A stretch of 11,799 bases of DNA from positions 1 through 11,799 of the forward strand of contig CAXFSR010000062.1 in assembly GCA_964005815.1 (NCBI GenBank), in the 5' to 3' direction. Of this stretch, positions 1 through 7,874 are shown piece after piece. The DNA is from an uncultured Nitrospinaceae bacterium. Lineage in GTDB: Bacteria; UBA8248. Below the pieces are notes generated by a model that searched no databases, had not been told where the DNA came from, and worked only from the letters and a program-made list of their open reading frames with translations. Made by a program: the position numbers and the translations under genes. Every line of letters starts with the position of its first letter. Positions within the stretch are counted from its first letter, which is position 1.

Positions 1-203
1 AAGAAAAAATAATCGAAAAAGGCGACATCGTTCATATTCCAAGAGCAACACTGCACGGTGGCAGAACCCTCACAGAAAAAGCTGTCATGTGGGTTACTAA
101 AAGTCCAGCTGATGATCCAAGCCTTGGCGCAGATCATCATTATCCAGAAAATTTACAAGACATCATGGACGATCTTGACAGCAAAGCTGCTGAATTATCT
201 TAA
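1..203 (+). CDS. Cupin (Cupin_2-like) protein, 3' part, truncated by the window edge
   Basis: Reading from position 3 gives EKIIEKGDIVHIPRATLHGGRTLTEKAVMWVTKSPADDPSLGADHHYPENLQDIMDDLDSKAAELS with TAA at 201-203. It carries cupin motif 2 (GDxxxIPxxxxH) and matches the C-terminus of ORF 1602..2012 at about 43 of 66 residues (hand count). Not in the ORF track. Confidence 0.9.
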   Translation, partial: EKIIEKGDIVHIPRATLHGGRTLTEKAVMWVTKSPADDPSLGADHHYPENLQDIMDDLDSKAAELS

Positions 204-234
204 AACTTCATACTCCATTTTTCAGAGGATCGAT

Positions 235-1584
235 ATGCATAAAAAACTTCTCTTGTTCCTAACGGTTTTCCTATTTTCAATTTCTCTCCTCTCTGTTTCT
301 GCAAACGCCGATATCGGAGATATGCTCAAGCAATTAGAAAATATGGGGAAAAAACTAGACAATATCGGAGAGAAAAAAATTCCTTCTCCAGGCCAATCTG
401 GTTCAAGTTTAAAAAACCAATTAACAGATCGCTCTCTCATATTTGATTGGTACTTGATAAGAAAAGGAAAAAGAGACGCCCAGTTAAAAAGTGTATACCA
501 AAATGTATATTTAGGGAAAAACGGGAAAATGTGGGGCTTGTTCCATGCCAAAGACAAAAAATTAAACCAAAAATATTTATATGCAGTTAGCGGTAAATGG
601 ACAGAGAATAACGGCAGAGTATGTATTAGTCACGTCCCTATGTATGCAACTTCCGATAAATCTAAACTCCGTGTAAAAGAAGCAAGAAAGTACTGTTACA
701 ACTTTCCAAAAGAAGGTCTCTCTGCATTAAATTTAGAAAAGAGAGCATTCAATGGTTTCCGCAGGGGGAGCAAAAGAATTCAATCTTTTATTATTCCTAA
801 AAAGCAACCGGATAGATACAAAAAATATAACCTTGTAAGTCAAGTATCAGTATCCGTAAAAAAAGACATGACATTTAGAAGAGATTATAAAAAATGGAAT
901 AAATATGTCACCTATATACTGGCCAGACAGAAAAGGCAAAAGAAGGCCAATTTAGAAACAAAAAGATATAACGATAAAAAGGCACAAGAGAAAGCAGAAC
1001 AAAAAGCAATGCAAAAAGCCAGAGCAAAACAAGAAATGTCCCAAATGTCTTCTTTCAAAAATGCTAGAGGAAAATGGGGCGTTAAATTTGGCATGACGAA
1101 AAGACAAGCTGGAGCTGCAAGCAAAATGTGCAAGTATACTCCAAGCAATAATCCAAAATATGACGGTTGGATTAGGTGCCAAAGAGAATTGTTCGGCATC
1201 ATGCGTTCTGTTCCTTTAACATTTAGAAAGAAAAACGGAAAAAATGTAGTGTCCAGCATACAAGTAGCGCTAGGGAAACATACTTTCGCAGAGTGGACAA
1301 AAATACATAATTTGCTTAGAAAAAAATACAAAGTAAACAAATCAGCCAATGCTTCAGAAAGAGAAATGTACAGAGCAAAAACTCTTACCCGTTATGCCAA
1401 TATTTACGACAATGGACGCATCGTGATGCAGGTAAGCAGATCTTGTGCTAAATATGGCAGTAAATACAGCAACTACAAATGTCTTTGGTATAAAGATGTT
1501 ATGCATCTTGTTTACTGGGACGATATAGAAGCCAGAGCATTTATGAAACTTATTAAGAAGAGAACGAAAAAAGAAGACCTCTAA
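235..1584 (+). CDS. Secreted Lys/Arg-rich hypothetical protein (449 aa)
   Basis: The ORF track starts it at 58, but 58..203 overlaps the upstream cupin. ATG 235 has AGAGGA at 224-229 and begins a typical signal peptide (MHKKLLLFLTVFLFSISLLSVSANA). Two predicted globular parts are joined by a charged coiled-coil-like stretch (KKAQEKAEQKAMQKARAKQE). Confidence 0.8.
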   Translation: MHKKLLLFLTVFLFSISLLSVSANADIGDMLKQLENMGKKLDNIGEKKIPSPGQSGSSLKNQLTDRSLIFDWYLIRKGKRDAQLKSVYQNVYLGKNGKMWGLFHAKDKKLNQKYLYAVSGKWTENNGRVCISHVPMYATSDKSKLRVKEARKYCYNFPKEGLSALNLEKRAFNGFRRGSKRIQSFIIPKKQPDRYKKYNLVSQVSVSVKKDMTFRRDYKKWNKYVTYILARQKRQKKANLETKRYNDKKAQEKAEQKAMQKARAKQEMSQMSSFKNARGKWGVKFGMTKRQAGAASKMCKYTPSNNPKYDGWIRCQRELFGIMRSVPLTFRKKNGKNVVSSIQVALGKHTFAEWTKIHNLLRKKYKVNKSANASEREMYRAKTLTRYANIYDNGRIVMQVSRSCAKYGSKYSNYKCLWYKDVMHLVYWDDIEARAFMKLIKKRTKKEDL

Positions 1585-1601
1585 AATTACAAGGAAATAC
1601 A

Positions 1602-2012
1602 GTGCCTTTTTATAGAACCTCGGAACTGAAACTCGAAGATATTGGTACAGGCAATCCTGGGGAGTACCAACCTATCTTGGGGGAACTCATGAAAGCAGGA
1701 GTGGTTACGTACTACCGCGGCACAGGAACAAAACCCCACTGGCATAACGTCGATGAACAGTTTTTTTATGTGACAGAAGGAAAATGTCTCTTTCTTCTTG
1801 GGGAAGAAGAAAAACTCATAGAAGAAGGAGACATTGTATATATCCCGAGAGGCACCTTACATGTGGGCAGAAGCACTACAGATAAATGCGTAATATGGAC
1901 CACCAAAAGTCCAGCGGAAGAACCAAGTTTGGGTGCTGATCATCATTATCCAGAGAATATGCAGGAAATTATTGACGGCCTTGAGAAAAGAGCAGAAGCC
2001 TTATACGAATAG
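1602..2012 (+). CDS. Cupin_2-domain metal-binding protein
   Basis: Cupin motif 1 (PHWHNVDEQFFYVTEG) and motif 2 (GDIVYIPRGTLH); GTG start preceded by AAGGA. Confidence 0.88.
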   Translation: MPFYRTSELKLEDIGTGNPGEYQPILGELMKAGVVTYYRGTGTKPHWHNVDEQFFYVTEGKCLFLLGEEEKLIEEGDIVYIPRGTLHVGRSTTDKCVIWTTKSPAEEPSLGADHHYPENMQEIIDGLEKRAEALYE

Positions 2013-2016
2013 TTTT

Positions 2017-2919
2017 TTAACGTGCACGAAGCCTTGGATCTAATACATTTCGAAGCCAGTCCCCTACCAAATTCGCTCCTAAGACCGTAATCGTAATCGC
2101 AAGTCCTGGAAAGGTAACAATCCACCAGGAAACATAGAGATAGGATCTGCCCTCTGCAAGAAGTCCTCCCCAGGTAGGTGTAGGCGGCGGTACTCCAAGC
2201 CCCAAGAAACTCAGGCCAGATTCTATTACTATTAATCTTCCTAAATAAAGCGAGGCAATAACGATAATCGGAGAGAGAACATTCGGAAGAATATGTTTGA
2301 AGATTATTCTAAAATCGCTCCCTCCTGACGCTCTAGTAGAAGTAACGTATTCACTTTCTCTAATGGCAAGGACATTTCCCCGAACAATTCGGGCGTAAAT
2401 GGTCCACTGTCTAAACGCAATCAACACGACTATTAACCAGAGACTTGGCTGCAAGATCGCAATCGTTGCTAAAGCTAATAGAATAAATGGAAAAGATAAA
2501 ACAAAATCAACTAGCCTCATTAAAATATAATCTGTGACTCCTCCATAATATCCAGAGATAAGTCCAAGAAAGAGTCCGATACTTCCGGCAATCGCTGTAG
2601 CCGATATTCCGACTATTAAAGAAACTCTGGCACCATAGATCACCCTACTCAACAAATCTCTGCCTAAATGATCCGTTCCCAAATAAAAAACTTTTCCGTC
2701 TTGCTCATACATGGGAGGCTTCATCGCTCTATTTAAAATTTGCTCATGTGGATCAATAGGTGCAAGCCACGGGGAAAAAAGAGCACAAATCAATACCACA
2801 AGAAGAATCGATACTCCTGCTATTGCAAACGGATTTGTTTTAAGGGATTGGAATAAACGAGAACCTTTGTTGGATATCAATTCATCGTCTACCTCAGTTT
2901 CTAAAACTTTTTCGTTCAT
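2017..2919 (-). CDS. Peptide/nickel-family ABC transporter permease (DppC/OppC-like)
   Basis: LGTDHLGRDLLSRVIYGARVSL, EAA-loop region (EYVTSTRASGGSDFRIIFKHILPN), LSFLGLGVPPPTPTWG and C-terminal LDPR; multiple hydrophobic segments. Confidence 0.93.
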   Translation of the reverse strand: MNEKVLETEVDDELISNKGSRLFQSLKTNPFAIAGVSILLVVLICALFSPWLAPIDPHEQILNRAMKPPMYEQDGKVFYLGTDHLGRDLLSRVIYGARVSLIVGISATAIAGSIGLFLGLISGYYGGVTDYILMRLVDFVLSFPFILLALATIAILQPSLWLIVVLIAFRQWTIYARIVRGNVLAIRESEYVTSTRASGGSDFRIIFKHILPNVLSPIIVIASLYLGRLIVIESGLSFLGLGVPPPTPTWGGLLAEGRSYLYVSWWIVTFPGLAITITVLGANLVGDWLRNVLDPRLRAR

Positions 2920-2930
2920 TTTTTCCTTCT

Positions 2931-3848
2931 CTATTTATATTCAATTCTAGGATCAAGATAAACGTACAAAATATCAACAATTAAATTGATTACCACAAAA
3001 ATGGAGGCTAGTAGAAAAACGGCAGCTTGAACAATAGGAAAATCACGTTCATGTATTGCTTCTACAGTCAGCCGCCCTACTCCAGGCCATGCAAACACGG
3101 TTTCGGTAATTACCGTACCGCCCAACGTTAGCGCAAGATCAATACCAAGAACTGTTACAATAGGAATGGAAGAATTTTTCATTGCATGAGAAAAAACAAC
3201 GCCAATTTCAGAAACACCTTTAGATCGTGCGGTAACAATATAGTCCTGCCTTAATACCTCCAGCATTTCAGATCGCATGAGTCTCGCTAACCTAGCGGTA
3301 TGAAACATTGCGGCCGTAAACATAGGCATAATCAAATGTAACCATTGTTCATATCCAAAAGGAGGAAGCCACTGCAGGTGAACAGAGAAAAATAAAATCA
3401 ACATCAATCCCAACCAGAAATCTGGTATTGCCTGACCTATGACGGCTATTGCCATCACCCCCTGATCATAAAACGTATTTTCTTTAATAGCGGCAATGCA
3501 ACCTATAGGAAGCCCAATAATAATAGAAAAGATAAATGCGGCGGAAGCGAGTTGTATAGTCGCAGGCATATGTTCTAAAACAATTTTGAAAGCAGACTCT
3601 CCATGTCCAAAAGATTCTCCAAAATCTCCTCTCAAAGCTCCTTTAAAATAAATCACATACTGCGTGAATAAAGGTTTATCTAAACCCATTTCATTTCTGA
3701 GTTGGGCAATATCTGCTTCCGTTGCGTCATCTGGCAACATAACTCTTGCAGGATCTCCGGATAAATGGAGCAACAAAAAAACAAAGACCAAAACACATTT
3801 AAGCAAGATTACCGACTGAATCAAACGTCGGACTAAAAATCCGCTCAT
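2931..3848 (-). CDS. Peptide/nickel-family ABC transporter permease (DppB/OppB-like)
   Basis: GDPA, GLDKPLFTQY, GDFGES, DYIVTARSKG, ETVFAWPGVG and LDPRI motifs; GGAGG RBS upstream. Confidence 0.93.
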   Translation of the reverse strand: MSGFLVRRLIQSVILLKCVLVFVFLLLHLSGDPARVMLPDDATEADIAQLRNEMGLDKPLFTQYVIYFKGALRGDFGESFGHGESAFKIVLEHMPATIQLASAAFIFSIIIGLPIGCIAAIKENTFYDQGVMAIAVIGQAIPDFWLGLMLILFFSVHLQWLPPFGYEQWLHLIMPMFTAAMFHTARLARLMRSEMLEVLRQDYIVTARSKGVSEIGVVFSHAMKNSSIPIVTVLGIDLALTLGGTVITETVFAWPGVGRLTVEAIHERDFPIVQAAVFLLASIFVVINLIVDILYVYLDPRIEYK

Positions 3849-3889
3849 GAAACCTCCAGAATTTCTGCATACAGAACAAAAAAATATTC

Positions 3890-3934
3890 AAAAAAAAACT
3901 CTCTCCCTATCTATAAGAAAACAGGGAGAGAGTT
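3890..3934 (-). terminator. Intrinsic terminator-like hairpin between the binding-protein and permease genes
   Basis: Perfect 12-bp inverted repeat AACTCTCTCCCT (3897-3908) / AGGGAGAGAGTT (3923-3934). On the minus strand it runs into a T9 tract (A run at 3890-3898) just after the binding-protein stop codon. Confidence 0.75.
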
Positions 3935-3942
3935 ACTTTAGT

Positions 3943-5508
3943 TTATTTCCAGCCTGCGTCTGATGCTATGACGAGACCCGTATTTCGCATTTTCCAATCC
4001 ACTTCTTTTCTCTTTCCGGATATCTCATCCAAATGATAGAGAAAAACTAGATAAGCATTATCACGAATATGCTTATTCAGTTTCTGGTACATAGATATTT
4101 GCTTTGCTTCATTGGATTCTGCAGCAGCATCCTTGATCATTTTATCAAGTGCATCACTTCGAACACCGCCGTGTGTGGATTTACTGAATAGCAAACCACC
4201 AAACATCCAAGCTGAATGAAGGGCAATATCGTTTCTGCATGCATAGTTCCAGTAAGGCTTACGATGCTTTTCCCACTTTGATCTACTGTTACGTCTCCAT
4301 GCAGCATATTCTAATGGTGTCACTTTCACTTTGATATTTAGTTTCTTTAAATTTCCTGCAATTGCTTCTGCACCTGCTTGACCTTTCAGATAACGGCCCT
4401 GAGGAACCATCAAAGGAACTTCAAAACCTTTTTCAAAACCAGCTTCTTTCATTAATTTTTTTGCTTTTTCCAAATTGTAGTGATATGCATCTATATTTGG
4501 ATTATGACCAAAACTATCAGGGCCTACCACTGTCCCTTTCGCTAGGGTCGCATATCCCATCATTACATTCTTAATAATACTTTTTTTGTTAATAGCGTAA
4601 TTCACTGCCTGTCTTACTTTCACATTAGTCCAAGGAGCTCCTTTTTTCAAAACCATAATTAAAGAACAAGCTTTAGGACCGGGTCCCTGCACTACGTCTA
4701 GATTAGATTTTGCACTTACCATAGATACAAGCTGTGGCGGTATATCTTTAATCATATCGACATAACCGGAGATCAAAGCAGATGCCCGAGTGGTATTCTC
4801 TGGAATATGCTTGATTACCACTTTTTTCACTTTTTGTTTTGATGGGTTCCAATAACCTTTTGATGCCTCAAAAACCATCTCAGAACCTTTTTTCCATTTT
4901 GTAAGACGATAAGGACCACTTCCAATTGGCTTTCTAGCCAATACTTTCAATTTAGTTGCTTTGTAATGTTTTGGTGGAACCACATACCCAAAATCCGAAA
5001 GTGGAGAAAGCAGATATCGATCCGGTGTTTTTGTATGAATTTGGACTGTATGGGCATCTATAACGACAACTTTTTTCACACTTCTAAAAAAAGTTTTCAC
5101 CCTACTTTTCAATTTCGGGTCAAACAATCTGTCAATACTATATTTCACGGCATGGGCATCAGCACTTTCCCCATTATGAAATTTTACTCCTTTACGAATT
5201 TTAAGTTCAATAATGGTTGGCTTCACAAATTTATACGAGGTAGCAAGTCCTGGTCCTATTTTACCACTCGGATCTCTAGAAAGAATTCCATCAAAAACAA
5301 GTGGCCAGGTCTGAAGCATTGGCAACCCAAGACGAACACCTGGATCCATAGTTGTTGGCTGTCCTGCCATTCCTATTAACAATTTATCCTTCTTCGCAGC
5401 TATTGCAGGAGAAGATACTAATGCAAGAGCTGTAAACAAAACGACAAAAAATCCAAGTGTTTTTGATACTCTGGCTGCTATGAAATTTCTGTGAAATGAT
5501 AATTTCAT
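3943..5508 (-). CDS. ABC transporter substrate-binding protein, family 5 (DppA/OppA/NikA-like)
   Basis: Signal peptide ending in AIA; PTTMDP, PGLATSY, IRKGVKFHNG, PIGSGPY and NVKVRQAVNYAIN motifs; AAGGAGG RBS. Confidence 0.93.
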   Translation of the reverse strand: MKLSFHRNFIAARVSKTLGFFVVLFTALALVSSPAIAAKKDKLLIGMAGQPTTMDPGVRLGLPMLQTWPLVFDGILSRDPSGKIGPGLATSYKFVKPTIIELKIRKGVKFHNGESADAHAVKYSIDRLFDPKLKSRVKTFFRSVKKVVVIDAHTVQIHTKTPDRYLLSPLSDFGYVVPPKHYKATKLKVLARKPIGSGPYRLTKWKKGSEMVFEASKGYWNPSKQKVKKVVIKHIPENTTRASALISGYVDMIKDIPPQLVSMVSAKSNLDVVQGPGPKACSLIMVLKKGAPWTNVKVRQAVNYAINKKSIIKNVMMGYATLAKGTVVGPDSFGHNPNIDAYHYNLEKAKKLMKEAGFEKGFEVPLMVPQGRYLKGQAGAEAIAGNLKKLNIKVKVTPLEYAAWRRNSRSKWEKHRKPYWNYACRNDIALHSAWMFGGLLFSKSTHGGVRSDALDKMIKDAAAESNEAKQISMYQKLNKHIRDNAYLVFLYHLDEISGKRKEVDWKMRNTGLVIASDAGWK

Positions 5509-5720
5509 ACATCCTCCTTTATATGGTGAGAAAAAAAACCGAGAGACAAAGAGAAGAATCCCCCCTGTCTATGCACGAACATATTGAATTTTTTAAAGTA
5601 TCTCCCATAGTAACATATTCATTACTATTGGCAAACGGATAACATAATTTTAGAATTGGCTATATTTTGATATAAATAAAATATATCTAATTACATCATG
5701 GTTATAATAAGGAGAGGTTC

Positions 5721-6374
5721 ATGAGAGTTACCCCTAAAGATCCTGACAAGGCCGAAGGAATTACCGCTAAGTTTTTTGAAGCAAGTAAAAAACTTAGAGG
5801 AAGAATCCCAAATTCTGTACGTGCCTGGGCACATATTCCCCATATTGCAAAATTCTTTCTTCCTTTTAGCATTACCCTGCAAAGAGAAGCTGGTGGGGGT
5901 CTTCTATCTTCTAAAATAAAAGAGATGGTGGTCATCAAGACCAGTCAAGTGAATAGTTGTACCTATTGACTAACTCACAACACAGCGCTTGGTCAAGCTG
6001 CTGGTATTACAGAGGAGCAGGTACAAGTAATTACATCTGACAACTATATGGAAGCAGATTGTTTGAATGAAAGAGAAAAAGCTGCGGTCTTATGGGCAGA
6101 GCATGTTACGAAAAATACTGCTAAAAACAGAGATGATGTCTTTGAAAAAATCAAAAAAGTTTACACAGAATCTGAAATTGTCGAACTTACAGCTATAAGC
6201 TGTCTTTTTAATTTCGTAAATCGATTCCAAGATTCACTACAAGTACAGCTAGAAAATGAAGAAGAAGTAAACAAGATCAAAAAATCAGTGCAAGTAGATA
6301 CCGATAAACTGCAGAGTTATGTGACCGAAATTATCGATGATTGGCCTAAAGAATTTCCTGAGCCAAAAAGTTAA
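5721..6374 (+). CDS. AhpD/carboxymuconolactone decarboxylase-family protein, probable selenoprotein (217 aa, Sec at TGA 5967-5969, CTYU motif)
   Basis: AAGGAGAGG RBS. ORFs 5721..5969 and 6048..6374 share a frame, and the linker reads ...KEMVVIKTSQVNSCTY-U-LTHNTALGQAAGITEEQV...LNEREKAAVLWAEHVT..., a continuous AhpD-type sequence. The TGA lies where the second Cys of CxxC is expected. Confidence 0.9.
5983..6003 (+). promoter_or_regulatory. Putative bacterial SECIS element
   Basis: CAGC-GCTT-[GGTC]-AAGC-T-GCTG hairpin (8 bp, one bulged U). The loop starts at nt +22 after the UGA and has the same GGUC sequence as the E. coli fdhF SECIS apical loop. Confidence 0.78.
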
Positions 6375-6431
6375 AAATGAAAAGGAACAACTCGTTTTCA
6401 ATACTCTAACTATGCATATACGGAGAATGAT

Positions 6432-6806
6432 ATGGATAATAAATCTCAGCCAAACAAAGACGGTCTCGACATAATGCGTCAAATGGGGGAGACCCCAAAA
6501 GATGGTTTAGACAAAATAGATCAGGAATTTTCCGATCTTAGTATTGAAACTATTTTTGGTGGTGTCTGGGCTAGAGAAGGATTGAATCTACGAGATAGAG
6601 CCTTAGTCACTGTTGCAACCGTCATTGCGCTTGGAAGAGACCCTATGGCAGTAAAGCCGAATATACGACGTGCAATACGAACTGGGATTACAGATAGGGA
6701 ATTTAGAGAAATGCTCTACCAAGTCATGCATTATGCCGGATGGTCTATTGGCGGACCTGCAATGAAAAATTACAAGGAAGTATTAGAGGAACTTCAAAAT
6801 GAATAG
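6432..6806 (+). CDS. Carboxymuconolactone decarboxylase (PcaC-like) family protein
   Basis: FGGVWAREGLNLRDRALVTVATVIALGR and GITDREFREMLYQVMHYAGW match the CMD/PcaC pattern; GGAG RBS; no CxxC. Confidence 0.85.
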   Translation: MDNKSQPNKDGLDIMRQMGETPKDGLDKIDQEFSDLSIETIFGGVWAREGLNLRDRALVTVATVIALGRDPMAVKPNIRRAIRTGITDREFREMLYQVMHYAGWSIGGPAMKNYKEVLEELQNE

Positions 6807-6896
6807 AACCGTTTATAAATAAAGCTGATGATAGTAAATTCATAACCATACCCAATACTTAAAGTAATACTTTAACTATTCTCAAGAGGTTCAAAT

Positions 6897-7829
6897 ATGG
6901 AAAAAAGGAAAATTTGCGGCAATGAAGGTATAGAAGTTTCCATAGTAGGACTTGGATGCAATGCATTTGGAAATCGGATAGATGAATCTAGCACACACCA
7001 TGTAATTAATGCTGCAATTGAATCCGGAATAAATTTTCTAGATACTGCAGAAAGTTATGGAGACGGTAAATCCGAATCTTATATGGGAACAGGTCTAAAA
7101 GGAAAAAGAAATGATATCTTTATTGCTACAAAATTTGGCTTCACCTCATCTAATGTCGAAGGAAAAAACAGAGGCTCTAGCGAAAACATAAGAATCTCTA
7201 TTGAAATGAGTCTTAGAAGACTGAAAACAGATTGGATAGATTTATATCAACTTCATAGACCTGATGAAGATACACCTATTATCGAAACCATGGGAACCCT
7301 AGAAGAATTGGTAAAAGAAGGAAAAATTCGATTTTACGGATGCTCCTACTTTACAGGAGAACAAATGAAAAATGCGGCAGATGAAGCCAAAAAAGAAGGA
7401 TTTATTGGTTTCATGACTGCACAGAATGCATGGAATGTTTTAGAAAGAGAAATTGAAGAAGATCTGATACCCGTTTGTGAATCTGAAAACATTACGGTAC
7501 TTCCCTACTACCCCATTGCCAGAGGTCTTTTGACCGGAAAATACAAACGAAACACAGACGCACCAACAGGAAGTCGTCTAGAAGGAAATAGTTATCTAGA
7601 GGAAGCGAATTTTGATGTTATCGAAAAACTAGAACAATACGCAGTAGATCATGGATACGACCTATTGACTCTTGCAATTTCCTGGTTAGCATCACAATCT
7701 GTTACGGCAAGTGTAATTGCCGGTGCGTCCAAACCAGAACAATCCATTTCCAATGCAGCTGCATCACGTTGGAAAATGACTTCTGAAAATTTAGCAGAAA
7801 TTTCCAATATCGCATCTAGTGGAGAATAA
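6897..7829 (+). CDS. Aldo/keto reductase (NAD(P)H-dependent)
   Basis: VSIVGLGC, DTAESYG (catalytic D and Y), IATKFG (K), IDLYQLH (H), PIARGLLTGKY and VIAGAS motifs. Confidence 0.93.
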   Translation: MEKRKICGNEGIEVSIVGLGCNAFGNRIDESSTHHVINAAIESGINFLDTAESYGDGKSESYMGTGLKGKRNDIFIATKFGFTSSNVEGKNRGSSENIRISIEMSLRRLKTDWIDLYQLHRPDEDTPIIETMGTLEELVKEGKIRFYGCSYFTGEQMKNAADEAKKEGFIGFMTAQNAWNVLEREIEEDLIPVCESENITVLPYYPIARGLLTGKYKRNTDAPTGSRLEGNSYLEEANFDVIEKLEQYAVDHGYDLLTLAISWLASQSVTASVIAGASKPEQSISNAAASRWKMTSENLAEISNIASSGE

Positions 7830-7874
7830 ATAACTATATATTTACATTTCTATAGATAAAGGTAGAAAAGTTTT

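Noticed and set aside
58..234. N-terminal 59-aa extension of the 508-aa ORF
   Set aside because: It overlaps the real cupin gene in another frame. ATG 235 has an RBS and begins a signal peptide.
5628..5672. Sigma-54 promoter at the TTGGC motifs
   Set aside because: Neither TTGGC has the GC dinucleotide at the required GG-N10-GC spacing.
5967..5969. Alternative genetic code (UGA = Trp or Gly)
   Set aside because: All other genes are full length under code 11 with no in-frame TGA, and Trp is encoded by TGG.
5721..6374. Two separate small genes, or a nonsense pseudogene
   Set aside because: The two parts are in the same frame with a continuous AhpD-like sequence, the stop falls exactly at the redox Cys position, a SECIS-like hairpin follows, and there are no other lesions.
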